64,000 nucleotides of DNA from Curvularia clavata (GCA_023920165.1 CP089277.1:372001-436000), one strand, 5' to 3'. Shown: positions 22,534 through 35,303, counted from the stretch's first letter. A program made the numbers and translations. The notes: generated from the sequence alone by a model not told the origin.

Positions 22534-25491
22534 GGGCAGAATCCTATAGGTGAGAGTGGATTTGTCCGAGTCTGTCTGGTGCAGGGCGAGCAAAATGTCA
22601 TCGACTTGTGCAGCAATGGACGGGCCAGCCGGGTGTTTTGCGAGTTTCGTCGACCTGTGTTTCAAAACGTCATGGCTCGTGTTATGGACAGACTTGAACG
22701 ACAGCCGTCGAATGCCTGCGCATAAAAGTTGGTTTGACATGGATAATGTAACACTACGTTTTAAAGGCGTTTGTCAAGGCGGTGCTTGGAGATGTGTCTG
22801 ACAGCGCGCGCGCACAACCCAAGTGACAAGGCTGATTCGCTGCCATGCCGGCAGCAACCAGCTCCGTCTTGACATGTGGATCAGGGACCAGCATGGCATG
22901 CAATTGTTTGAGCGATATGGTTGGCGAGGATGGCGTAAGCGGAGATTCTGTGCGGGTTCGACGTTGCAAGCCACCGATGGGGCGATGAAGCTTGCCGGGC
23001 TGACCACGACACAGGACACGGATGTGTGGGGGGGACTGAAAGCAAGGTTCGATGAATGGAACTGGCGAGATGGCAGCGTTGTGAGACACATGCGACATAA
23101 TTGTTTGATGCATGCGCTGATGAGATTTGTAGACGTGTTGCACTGGAATATCTTGGTACAGTGGCGACTATGGAAGAAGCGGATGCGGACCGGACAGATG
23201 AGACGGACAGACGTATACAGCATGTAGGCATGCATTGTTATTTTTGCTCAGCTTGCCATGGTGGCTGTCAGCGCACATAAGGCACGTGACGGCGTGGTTT
23301 TGGGTAATGTATTGGCGGACCGGCAAACAGATGGAGCTTTACGACGGGCTGAAGGGGCAGCAAAGCGAAGAGGTTGGGTTAGTGTGTGCAGCTAGAGGGC
23401 AACGGAGACTTGTTAGTAGCGTGGCAGCGAAGGAAAGATGGATGGGCGCCGGTCACCGTTTTCTGCTCAGGGCGTGCTAGGGCAGCAGAAGGGCGGGCCA
23501 CAGGCAATGGGCACGGGCGAAAGTGGCATAGTGGATGCAAGTGTAGCCGGGATGGCGTGGTGTGCAGCGAGCCCAGCGCGAGAACAGACACGTGCCGACG
23601 TCAACGGGCAAGTGCTCTAGTGCATGGGGGATCCATGGTTCGGAGCGAGGCGGCCAGGCATTGCGAGGGCGCGGGTGTGGGTGTGCTGAGGGCTTAGCGA
23701 ACGACTGACGTAGGCACAGGCCAGAGGTATGTATCACCATGGGCGTCCGAGTCTAGGGGTAGACGGCCTGTGCGCGACGGCAATGCAATGCAGACGATAA
23801 TGCAGCGTTGCAGGTTGGTGGGAAGGGCGTCGAGGTAAGTATTTGGGAGCGTGTGGCATGTCATCAGGACAGCAGCATATCGAGGCGGGAGCTGGAGGTT
23901 ATTGAGTCAAGGTTCCGAGGACCCGGGCCGATGAGAGGCAGAGCATGTAAGAGAGATCTCAGGGCGGGCGATGGTTCGTCGGCATGGGCAGCCTGAATCT
24001 GTCAGGACGCTGCATGATGGCCGCTGCCCCGCTGCACTAATCGCGTTGCCACCGATTCAGATGCGTCGTGGTGGGCTGGAGATTCCCGAGGGCGGCCGTC
24101 GACGGCGACGGCTGACGGTGTGCCTGACGGGAATAGCGCATACGGCGCAGCTAGCTGTTGCTAGCAGCACTACGAGCAACGGAGAAGGGCGCTGGTGCTA
24201 GTGCTGGTTTGGGCTGCTGTGCGAGGCGTTCGTCGGCGGCGGCAGCGTGGCTAGTATCTTGTCGTGTGTGGCTGCTCGGCTGCATGGCGAGATGGGATGG
24301 GCAGATGGGATGGGCAGATGGGCCCCCGGCGATAATTTGGGCCGGGCCCGGGGCGCCTTGCCGGATCGGGACTAGACGCATCTGAGCGAGTGAGCGCCCG
24401 CGGGGCGGCCATTTGCGCGGATGTTAGTCGCGATGCATGGCCCTGGTCACAACGGCTGCGGATCGAGCAGCCAGCATTGCAGCATGAGGTGAGGTCCCAG
24501 TCACGTCGTCGCCTTGGCTTGCGAGCGACAGGCGTCGTGGCGCTGATCCACGGCGCTGCTTTTAGCTGCCTCGCCGCCTATCCTTGCCCTGCTGCCGTGC
24601 TCGAGTGTTGCAGCTTGAACACCCACCCATCGCCCTCCCCACCCACATGCCTGCCCGTGGCAAACAGACGTGCCGCATCCAAAACATCCCTGCGCCCACC
24701 TGCACTCTCGCGTCACGCTTGGTAGACGACTCGCAGCCGCCGCGCTTCATCTCCGATCGTATCTGCTTTAGCCCGCAAGCCTGCCTGGCTTAGTTCTTGT
24801 TTCCGCCCTCCCCATGCCTGCCACCCTCCCCATCCATCCACCGCACGCCGCTTTCCGAGTAGTTCTGTGAGATCACGGCTTGGCCATCTGCCCTGCTCCG
24901 CTCTGCCCACTCTTCTCCTTCACTCATCCCCCCACCCCAGCCTGGAAACTCGGCGCCCTGGATCCTCTCTTCATCTACTCACCTCACTTCATCTCATCTC
25001 ACTCGCCTCGCCCTCCTGTGGCTGCCCCCGTCTTTCCCACCACTACGTCAGCCACCACCGTCCTGACGACACCACACCGGTCGCCCCCTCCAACCCACGC
25101 TTTTTGCCCGTCAGAGCCTTTCACGCAGCGTGCAGTTGAGGCAAAAAGCAATTTTGACGAAAAGAGAAGAAGAAGAAAAAAAAAACCGGAAAAAGAAGCA
25201 AATCTTCGCCCCAGCATCGCCCACTGAAGACAAGAAGAGTAGGTCATTGTGCCAAAGAGCGTGGCAATTGCATCCCAGATCACCGTCGACAATCCTGCCC
25301 GTACCATCCACTTTGCTTGGCTGCGCTCGTTAGGGAAGGAACGACTCCACGTCCAGGTGCTGCTTCTCTCCAACCCTGTGTGGCAAGGCACATGAACGCC
25401 ACGGCATTGTGACTCTCCGCCACTGCGACACTTCGCTGTTGTCGCATCTCGCAACCAAGTGCTATAAACTCCCGCCCAAACTATCCCCAAT

Positions 25492-27220
25492 ATGATGGAA
25501 ACTATAGATGCAGGAAGCAGGCAAGCGTGCGTCGCCGTTTCCCCTCCATCTGCCGTTCAAGCGCTAACCATGACCTGCAGTGTCGGCCTTCCTTCGATCA
25601 ACCACATGGATGCCGACAGAATCAAGCGTGAAGAGGTCGAGTATCAGAGAAAACACTCGCTGTCCGCCATGCCCAGTCCCTTGCACCCTTACAACGGGCC
25701 CTCGCATGCCCACAGCAATCCCCCGTCTTCAGTCCCTAATGCAGTCCCCGCCTCACTTGGGGGTCTGCTGTCTCCTCCCGAATCGCGCAGGACGTCTGGC
25801 GACGACAAGGAGTCGCAGCGGCCGACGGCTCGCCAGTCTTTGCCATCTATACATGAAGCCCTGGGCTCAGAACCGCCGCTTCCGTATCCAACTGCAGTGC
25901 CCCCGCCCTCTTCGATAACTTCCGCTCCCCAGCACTACCATGCGTCGTCTGCTGTTCCTTCACCCGCCGAGCAACGGCATAGGCAATATCCACCGGAGCC
26001 CCAGCACCCAAGCCAAGGACCCCCTAGCTCTCTGCCTCCTCCAAGAAGTCCCTACATTGCTTCAACATCGCAACCAGGCCCTCCTCCACCAGCATCGACT
26101 CCGGCAGAGTCCTTGCCTCGGCCGCCCTTTTCGGATTCACGGCCGTCATATCCAACTCCTCAGCACAATCCGAAGCTGCCCTCGCTTCATCCCCTGAAGA
26201 CGGCACCCGCCTCACCTCCAGGCCCTCCCCATTCCAGCATCCCTTACTCTTCGTATCCACCGCCACCAGCCTCAAAACCCTATGAGAACCCAGCTCCCCA
26301 GTCGGCCCCACTGCCACCCGCCAACCACCATCACCCTTATTCGCAATATCCGCCCGGATATCCACCGTCGGCCTCTTCTGCAAACCCGCCAAATCATGCA
26401 TATCCACCGCCAGCCTCGACCTACTCGGCCCCGCCTCGCTACATGCCTCCGTCGTGGCAAGATGGCTCTGAAATGGCTCGCTTGGAAGAGAAGAAGATTG
26501 GGCGCTCTAGCCTTGCTCCATACGGCGAGTCTGTCAAGCGCCATCTCGAGAGCTTTGACATTGAGGCCTCGCTTAACGAGATGGCTGACGGATCGGGGCG
26601 CATCACAGAGTTCTCCAAGATCTACCGCCAACGGGCGCACGACAACCAGCGCATTGGCATGACGCCACAGTCCATGCCAAGGTTAGAAGAAGTCGACGAA
26701 ATGCTCAAGCAAAGCGAGAGGATCCAAATGTCCCTTCAGCGCATGCGCGATGTTGTTTTCAACCACCACCAAGCCAGCCTCGTGGAAGCGCCACAGGATC
26801 CCCGCTACAGGCCCATGAATGGCTACGATGATGGTGGTAGCAACTACAGCGATGATAACAAAGTCATGGGTGGCTTTGCCGGTGGAGACAACAAGACCAG
26901 GAAACGAGGTGTAAGTAGTCCTTTGCATATTTCTCCGACATTGGGTGCTGACTTGATAACCAGCGTGCTGCTCCGCCTGGGCGTTGCCATAGCTGCAATC
27001 GCGCCGAAACACCAGAGTGGCGTAGAGGGCCAGATGGTGCCCGAACCTTGTGCAATGCGTGTGGCCTACGTAAGTAGAGTGCTCCGTACCAGCCATAGCC
27101 CACCAGCTAACACTGCTCGTAGATTATGCCAAGTTGACCCGCAAAATGGGCGGCAAGCAAGCCATGACGAGCTCAAATCTCCGGCCCAAGCCCATAGAGC
27201 ATGGCTCGCCGTCGATATGA
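25492..27220 (+). CDS. nsdD: GATA-type sexual development transcription factor NsdD (SUB-1/Pro44/Ltf1 family)
   Basis: Blocks [12 protein letters not shown] and [16 protein letters not shown]. Removing introns 26911-26963 and 27070-27122 gives [43 protein letters not shown], with TGA at 27218-27220. Probable GC-AG intron at 25521-25580. Confidence 0.95.
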
Positions 27221-28655
27221 CGAGGCCATTGATCCGAACACGCGAAGCACGACATGCCACCACTTGTACATTGACGGTTGTTGGTCACCAACCATTATCT
27301 ATTTCAGCGATCCAAAGACATGAGCACACATCTCCACGGCATCGGGCCGCTGGCTTAAAAGACTTTCTTTCTCGCATCTGCACGAGCGATATATGCACCT
27401 TGACGACTCAGTCTTTTCAAGTATCAGACGTTTGTATAATCTTCACGGGGTTTGTGGCGCAGTCTGGTTTGGCGACGTTGTCGCCGACGGCCACTTTAAG
27501 ATGGAGCACTGGGTCCACGATGCACCAGATTAGCCCATTGATTCGCTTAGGCGAAGACATGTTGCTGTTGCTGTTATTATTATTATTATTATTGTTAAGT
27601 ATTTCTTGTTTGTCCTTTAATAGCAGAGGCTGCATTTTGGCATATAGACTAGGGCTTTCAGGCCTGATACTGGTCGACGGCGTTTTCTGTACATCAACAT
27701 CTGCTAGGATGGCCCATCATCGGACGGGAGTTTTTGGTGCGCGGTCCAGCGCTTATCGTCGGAGCACAAGATTGTGGTTGTAAGCATTTTTGCACGACGG
27801 GCACTTTGTCAGAAGTGCACGAAGCTTCTGGGCAGTTTTGACTAGCGTTCACAAAGAGATACCACGGGCTTCTAGGCCCATTCCAATTAAAAGCTTTTTT
27901 TCCATGTCTACAATCGTCTTGGAAATTGACGCAGACCCACCGCAATACCAGCATTGGGCGCTGCGACATGGACGAAACCTTTGGCAATATAGGAGGCGAC
28001 TTGTGCACGTGGGGGTTGCCAAACAGCAGCTGGCCACTGACTGGCACAGTTGGTCGGGCAGCAGAAACAGAAAGGAAGACGCCATGCACTCGCCGTGCTC
28101 CTGGGCCCGCTGTCAGTAGGCCTTGAGTAACGTTGTGCCATCAGAGATCGATTGCATGCACAGTCGTAGAAAGTCCCACAGCGACAGTGGTTGAGGTTGC
28201 TCAGGTTGTGCTGGGTGCCCAAATGCGGCAAGCGCCATTGGCAGGGTCTGCCTGTTCGGAAGCCCCATAATAGGCTTCTTGCACCATGCATTATTAATCC
28301 GTACGCCCGCCTAACTACCCTGGTCTCGCATTACCGTCCTATACCGGCCATCCGTGTCTAAGAGCAAAAAAAAACATCATCATCATCATTATTCTTCTGC
28401 CCAGTACCGGCTCCCGACGATCCTTTGACTACACGGGGAAACGAGGCGCCTGCACCTCGTCCAAAACTGCTGCGACCCTGGCTGGTGCAAAACCCCGCTA
28501 AAACCCCCCAATTCCTGCAGTGCTCGCCGAACAAACCTCCCCGCAGTCGCCGTTCAGAGCCAAAAGTCATCCGTCCCCATCCAGACGTCTACCCAGCCTG
28601 CCCGTGCACCACCTCAGATTAGAACCCCTCCTACACCGCGTTACAGAAAGCCGGC

Positions 28656-30964
28656 ATGGGTCTGCTGTAAGATCCGTGCTCTGCCAGTCGCCTTCCTCGC
28701 TAATGTCATTCCAAGGGCCCTTGGAACGCCCCTCGACTGGCCAGATGCCAAGAAGGCTGCCGATCAGGTCAGGTCATGGGGAATTGAAGTATGTTTATCT
28801 GGCCAGTCTAGAAGGGATTGTATAGTAATGACATGGGTAGCAATTACTTGCTGTATGGCGCAACGCCAAAGCCAAGGAGCGTGACGCCCTCCTTTGGGGC
28901 GACGAGGTGACCAAGACTTGCTCCTTCACCGCACTGCGTCCCCAGCACTGACTTTGCATGCAGATCGAGTACCTGGTGGTTTGCTATGATCAGGACAACC
29001 ACAAGGTCCGCTTATCGCTCCGCCAAGCCGACATCTTAGCTGCTTTGGCAAACGATGAGAAACTCGTCCAACAGGGCGGCGGAGTACCCGATCTGCACAC
29101 TGGGGATGCCGAGTGAGCTCAAACACTCCTAAGCTCATTCTCTTTGTACTGACCAGGGTAGCGCCAAGGAAAATCCAGCTCCTGTGTTCCATCCTGAATT
29201 TGGAAGGTTCATGTTGGAAGCCACCCCAGGAAAGCCATGGGGAATCGGCTTCAAGGACCTGCTCGACGTAGAGCCAAATATGAAGTGGAGGTAGACGAGC
29301 TTGTTTCCATAGTTTTTTGACCCCACACTCACAAAACCACGCAGACGAACAATCGCTAAAGATCACATGGCTGAGACTGAGTTCCCAATCACGTTGACGA
29401 CATTTCCTCGTCTTGGATCGACCGATTGCATTGTACCATCATATCCGGTTTCGGGACCTAAGCTGCGTTCCCAATTTGTTCCAGATGAGATTGCTAACCC
29501 CCACATCCGCTTCCCCACCTTGGCAGCAAACATTCGCTGGCGGAGAGGTAGGAAGGTACAGGTCAATGTGCCCGTGTTCCGAGACGAGAAAACAGCATGG
29601 CCCTGGAAAGATCCGACCGTCAACTACGATTTGCACAACTGGCCTGAGGATGACGATGTCCGCAATGGTGCTGTCAAAGACAACTACATCCACATGGATG
29701 CCATGGCCTTTGGCATGGGAAGCTGCTGCTTGCAAATCACGTTCCAAGCTAAAAACATTGACGAGGGAAGGACCATGTATGATCAGCTCAGTCCGATAGC
29801 TCCAATTCTGCTAGCACTGACAGCGGCAACACCCATCTACAAGGGCTTTCTTGCCGACACAGACGTGCGTTGGAACCAGATCAGCAAGGCCGTTGATGAC
29901 CGTACCCCAGAGGAACTGGGTGAAAAGGTACGTAGATATGGTTCCAACACTTCTTTTTTTCGTGTTTCTAACATCAACAGCCCCTTAAGAACGACAGATG
30001 GCGACTTCCCAAATCTCGCTATGCGTCCAACTCAACCTACATCGCTCAGGACCCGCGCTTACGGCCAGAGTACCTTGATCCCAATCTCATCATAGACCCC
30101 GCACTCAAGAAACGCCTGATCGAAGGCGGCATGGACGATTTGTTGGCGACCCATTTTGCTCATCTCTTTATCCGCGATCCCATTGTCGTCTTTGCAGAAG
30201 ATCTCCAGGAACTCGACCTCACCAAAGCCGACCACTTTGAGAACCTACAGTCAACCAACTGGCAGCACATGCGTTTCAAACCTCCGCCAGCTGGCACAGA
30301 CATGGGCTGGCGTGTCGAGTTCCGCCCTATGGAGATCCAGATCACAGACTTTGAAAATGCAGCCTTTTCCATCTTCATCGTACTCCTCACCCGTGCGATC
30401 CTGTCGTTTAATCTTAACTTCTACATTCCCATCACACTGGTGTCAGAGAACATGGAGACGGCACACATCCGCGACGCTGTGTCGACGCAGAAGTTTTGGT
30501 TCAGGAAGAACCCCTTCCCGACACACAAACCCAGCAATGGTACGGGCACATCGACACCTGCCGAGAACCCAAGTCGACCGGTCACACCTACGGGACCAGT
30601 TGAAGATGAGTACGAGAAAATAACCATAAACGAAGTCATCGATGGACAGCAGACATGTTCTGGAAATTCTGGCTTCCCGGGTCTTATTCCCATTGTGGAA
30701 TCATATCTCAACAGCATGAATGTCGACGTAGAGACCCGTTGTGATCTCGCCACCTATCTCGACTTGATCCGCAAGCGCGCCAACGGCACATACTGGACGG
30801 CGGCCAAATGGATCAGGAATTTCGTCCAGACGCACCCAGCGTACCAGAAGGATAGTGTGGTGAATGACGAAATCACATATGACCTTGTCAAGGCTGCTGA
30901 GCAGATCACGAAGCAGGAGGGCAGAGATGGATTGGGTAAGGAAATGCTGGGAAGACGACGCTGA
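28656..30964 (+). CDS. GSH1: Glutamate-cysteine ligase catalytic subunit (gamma-glutamylcysteine synthetase), multi-exon
   Basis: Spliced N-terminus MGLLALGTPLDW. Motifs LLWGDE/IEY, FHPEFGRFMLEATPGKPW, IHMDAMAFGMGSCCLQITFQ and HFENLQSTNWQHMRFKPP..GWRVEFRPME. Confidence 0.96.
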
Positions 30965-31682
30965 GCAGGCCGAGGAAAACAAAATGTCTGCCTTACTACC
31001 CGGGGGGTTGAAAGTTTGGGGACAAAAAGTACATCTTATACACGGTTTAGTACGCCTAGAGAGCGCGTATGGCAAATAGATGATGAATATTAGACAAGCG
31101 CAAAATCTTCAAGATTACTATTCGCCGACCCCTAAAGCTCACTAGATGCAGTTCACAGTACTGATACGATTGGATCTTCCTGCTGATTACTCACAGAACG
31201 GCCTGGGACGTCCCTTCTCAATCCCGGAAGTTTTCCACAAAGGGAAGTTGGGGCTGTAGTTGGAGGAAAGCAGGGGCATGACCACTTATGCCCGACCGAG
31301 ACTTTACTCTTTCCCCACAATCTGGATCTAGACACAGATAAACGACGACCTGGGTTCAAGGTTCTCAGCGCCACGTGCGGACGCCACACCGAGCGGGTAA
31401 AGAGAGATGTCTAATCAGGGGATTGGTAGGTTAATATACGACGCATGTAAGGCTTATTAATATGCAGCTGAAGGATGCGCTAGCACAACAACTAGACGTT
31501 TTGCAGCAAAAAATGGCAAACATGAAAAGAGATGATAACTAAAGCAGTTGTTTGGGCCGCGGAGTCCCTGGCCTCAGTTTCTCGATGCGTATAAAGACTC
31601 AGATAGGGTGAAGGGGGGAAGAGGGAGGAAGAGGGCGCATTTGAAGAAGAGTGCTTTTCATCATTGTGTCTAGTTGCCCAAT

Positions 31683-32726
31683 ATGCACATTACGTATCTC
31701 AGTACTCTCTTCTCCCTCGCCATCGGCGCAAACAGTATACCGACAGCTGCGCGGCCTCAAAAACCCATCTACCTACCCAAACGGCTCATTGCCCTCGAAG
31801 AACATGTCGTGTCGCCTTCACTGGAAGCCGAGGTGGTTGCCGGGGGCCTGGTACAGCAATACCCAGGTATACTGGAGAAGATGAAGGATGTTGGAGCCGG
31901 ACGCCTTGCAGCCATGGACGCCGGGCATGTCTCTATGCAAGTCCTTGCCCAGCAATCAGCATCAGGGCTAGAAGACCCAGCAGGCTGTCGTTCTGCCAAC
32001 GACGCCGTCCGTGCCGCCATCAAAGCGAATCCCACACGCTTCGCCGGCTTCGCCGTGCTTCCCATGGCTTTGCCTGAAGAAGCAGCCGCCGAGCTAAACC
32101 GCAGCGTCACAGACCTCGGTTTCAAAGGCGCCATGATATGGAATCACCTCAGCGACGGCACGTATTACGACGCTTTACGCTTCGACCCCGTCTTCGCCAT
32201 GGCCCAGGACCTCGACGTCCCACTATACCTTCACCCAGCGCCCCCATCCGCAGCCCTCGCCGCCAAACTCTACGCCGGCAACTACGCCCCCGACGTGGCG
32301 GGCCGCCTCGGTACCATCTCCTGGGGCTGGCACATCGACGTAGGCACACACGTTCTACGACTCTTCTCCGCGGGCCTCTTTGACCGCTTTCCCCGCCTCA
32401 AGCTCATACTAGGTCACAATGGTGAGGGACTCCCTATGTTCATTGACCGCGTCGACGCTACTCAACTGCGTAAAAACGCCACGTTCAATCGGGTCTGGAA
32501 TACAAATATCTGGAGTACGACGAGTGGGCTATTCACAGTGAGGCAGTTTGAGCAGTTGCGCCAGGTGAGTCCCATTGAGAGGATCATGTATAGTGTGGAT
32601 TATCCGTTTGGGGATGGGGTGGAGGGATGGGGATTTGTGGGGAATTTGTCGAGGGAGGGGGTGTTGACGGAGAGGGAAATGGATTTGTTTGCGTATAAGA
32701 ATGCGGAGGAGTTGTTGAAGTTGTGA
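31683..32726 (+). CDS. Amidohydrolase_2 family metal-dependent (aromatic acid) decarboxylase-like protein with apparent signal peptide
   Basis: Motifs IALEEH, RFAGFAVLPM, DVPLYLHP, GLFDRFPRLKLILGHNGEGLP and RIMYSVDYPF. Single exon, ATG at 31683. Confidence 0.9.
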   Translation: MHITYLSTLFSLAIGANSIPTAARPQKPIYLPKRLIALEEHVVSPSLEAEVVAGGLVQQYPGILEKMKDVGAGRLAAMDAGHVSMQVLAQQSASGLEDPAGCRSANDAVRAAIKANPTRFAGFAVLPMALPEEAAAELNRSVTDLGFKGAMIWNHLSDGTYYDALRFDPVFAMAQDLDVPLYLHPAPPSAALAAKLYAGNYAPDVAGRLGTISWGWHIDVGTHVLRLFSAGLFDRFPRLKLILGHNGEGLPMFIDRVDATQLRKNATFNRVWNTNIWSTTSGLFTVRQFEQLRQVSPIERIMYSVDYPFGDGVEGWGFVGNLSREGVLTEREMDLFAYKNAEELLKL

Positions 32727-33380
32727 GGGGACGGAGAAGAACTGGTGGAATGGGGTGGTGAGAGTATGGGGCTGGAGAAGAATGTGGATTGGAAGTCGTT
32801 TTAATCATAGACGAACAGGTTTAGATACCACTATTAACATACATGAATGAATTTTCCTACAATGATGTAACTTGGGGAGAAAGTAAACAAGACAAAAGTA
32901 TGCTTTAGCTCGAGCATGGAGTATGCATTCCTGTGGCACAGCAAACGACATGCATGGTTGTTTCTTGGCTGACTGTTTCACCGGTCTTGCAAGGTACTGT
33001 CGGAACAGCAATTGGCTGGCTTGAATGCGATATAGGTGTGAACGCTAAGCCTGTTATGAAAATGTTGAGATGTAGCTGCCTAAGTTAACCAACCTGTTTC
33101 CTCATTGAGTGCATAGAGCAATCCTCTTAAGGGACAAAATAAAAACGAGGTAAATGATTTCTAGGCTCCTTCAAGGCTGCGCATTGAATCCTTTCTCTTG
33201 AGCCATGTGGCTATACGCCGCATGACCAGCACACTCAAGGAACGCTTCAGCCTTGCAAGTACTTATATCTGCTTTGTCTCGAATTTCTCTAGCGGTGCTC
33301 GTTCCAGTCTTGATCATTGAAATTAGTTATAAGCATCTTTGTGCCGCTACTTTGTCGTTGCAGATTCAAACTCCCTCTCA

Positions 33381-35303
33381 ATGATGGCTAGCAAGCGCCA
33401 TAGGTCCGGTAGTAACGATATCCAGCCTCGCTGTGATGCAATTCGACCCAAGACTGTTTCTGCTCCAAATGACTCGGAAGTCGAAGAAGTCACGAATGTA
33501 GAGTACAAGCCTGAGCTGGAGCAGCATAATCGACCGATAATCGAGAAGGATCTTATATACAATAGGCGTCTAAAAGAGGGAGAAGCACGTATCCTGGTCC
33601 TCAGTCCCGGCTCTGGATCCGATGAAATCAAGTGTGAACTAAAGATTGACGAGAGTTTGCCGTACGATGCACTATCTTACCAGTGGGGAGGCCAGGAAGA
33701 CAACAAATTGATTCTCCTCCAAAATGTTCATTTCGCTGTCACCAAAAATCTCGCAGAAGCCCTCCGGTACTTACGATGTCCCCGCTCTGAGAGATTGCTC
33801 TGGGTCGATGCGATATGCATCAATCAGTACGATAAAGAAGAGAAGGAAGTACAGGTACAGTCAATGCACCTGATCTACGAAAAGGCAAACAAGGTTATTG
33901 CATGGTTGGGGCCGCCAAGCGATGCCATCAATTGGGCTTTCGATTCAATGGACATGGTGCCAAGTGAATTACAGGTGGGTGTGCCTGTTACAGTAGTCAT
34001 ACGAGGCTATGGCGAGGAAGCCCTTGACGACGAAACCTCTGACGACGACAATCCTTTCGGTGAACTCATGGCCTGCACGTATTGGTCTCGCGCTTGGATT
34101 GTGCAAGAGATAATGTGTGCGAAATCCCTTTTTATTCAATGCGGCCATCGAGTACAGCCATATGATAGACTGGAGAACGCTTTTCCCCCCGGTCAGTCGG
34201 CCTCCGCTGAAGTTATTCCAGCCAACAGCGAAATGGGACGTACTTGCTACCAGGGCGAAGACGAAGTGAAAATTGTGAGGAGGGGGTTCCAGATGTTATC
34301 CTCTAAGCAATACCTGGACTACTTTCTGGACAGGGAATGCGGCCTACGGCATGACAATATCTATGCCTTTCTCTACTTGCTCCGCAATGACGTTAAGCAA
34401 AGGCGACCGAATTATCAATGCGACATCCGTGAACTCGTTTTCAAAACATTTTTGAAAATCATAGAGTCAACTCAGAGCTTACACATCATCATCATCAAAG
34501 GACGTCAGAAGCCTCCTTGTAATCGAGAAGAAGCATGGCAGCTTGACATGCCATCTTGGTGCCCTTACTTGGCCACACCGTATCAGTGCCGCCCTATAGA
34601 GGTGAAAAACGGACCAAATCTCTTCGCAGAGAAAGCTGTATCCTCCATTGTGGAGAAGAGGTTACAAATAAGAGGTTTCGTCATCGGCAGAGTTGCTCGA
34701 ACGATTTCGCAACGAATACCACCCAAGGTCCGAGGAAGCATCGGTTGGGATCCAGCAGATGTTGAACGGGAACTCAATCACTACAGAAAGTGCCTAGCTT
34801 TGGGCCTCAAAGGCGTGCCAAAAGATAACGAAAGTAGGGGCACGTCCATGATGGCTACTACTCGGACTCTTCTCGTTGCTGGCCAAGGTGAAGACCATCA
34901 TTTTCTCGAGCCGTGGAAAAGCTCATTCAGGGATCTGGACGAACAAGATGGCATGTTTTTGCGTAAGATACTCAAGAACAGGATCTCCCGTTCGGTATGT
35001 TCGTTCCGACTCGACCTTGCAGTCAAGAAGGCACTTAAAGCCAGCGAGGCTGCACCATCTACGAAGATAAACCGTATTGCTCTGGTTCCTCACACTGCAC
35101 ATGAGGGGGATGAGATATGTGTGATTCTAGGGTGCTCAACACCAGTAGTCCTGCGCAAAATTGGAGAGCAATATCTTGTATTGGGAGAGGCATACATTGA
35201 TACAACTTCAATGGGCAAATTCAAAGTCTCTGTTAGATTGAGGGACTTCCTACTTCAAGGAAAGATTGATTTGAAGGACAAGGAGGACAAGGATGAGTCA
35301 TGA
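33381..35303 (+). CDS. Heterokaryon incompatibility HET-domain protein (het-6-like architecture)
   Basis: Motifs RILVLSPG, YDALSYQWG, LLWVDAICINQYDKEEKEVQVQSMHLIYEKANKVIAWLG, YWSRAWIVQE, PSWCP and C-terminal GDEICVILGCSTPVVLRK..YLVLGEAYI. Confidence 0.92.
   Translation: MMASKRHRSGSNDIQPRCDAIRPKTVSAPNDSEVEEVTNVEYKPELEQHNRPIIEKDLIYNRRLKEGEARILVLSPGSGSDEIKCELKIDESLPYDALSYQWGGQEDNKLILLQNVHFAVTKNLAEALRYLRCPRSERLLWVDAICINQYDKEEKEVQVQSMHLIYEKANKVIAWLGPPSDAINWAFDSMDMVPSELQVGVPVTVVIRGYGEEALDDETSDDDNPFGELMACTYWSRAWIVQEIMCAKSLFIQCGHRVQPYDRLENAFPPGQSASAEVIPANSEMGRTCYQGEDEVKIVRRGFQMLSSKQYLDYFLDRECGLRHDNIYAFLYLLRNDVKQRRPNYQCDIRELVFKTFLKIIESTQSLHIIIIKGRQKPPCNREEAWQLDMPSWCPYLATPYQCRPIEVKNGPNLFAEKAVSSIVEKRLQIRGFVIGRVARTISQRIPPKVRGSIGWDPADVERELNHYRKCLALGLKGVPKDNESRGTSMMATTRTLLVAGQGEDHHFLEPWKSSFRDLDEQDGMFLRKILKNRISRSVCSFRLDLAVKKALKASEAAPSTKINRIALVPHTAHEGDEICVILGCSTPVVLRKIGEQYLVLGEAYIDTTSMGKFKVSVRLRDFLLQGKIDLKDKEDKDES

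Noticed and set aside
28006..28130. CACGTG and TGAGTAA (Cbf1- and Yap1-like sites) upstream of GSH1
   Set aside because: Biologically plausible, but short single motifs are expected by chance and cannot be supported without conservation data.
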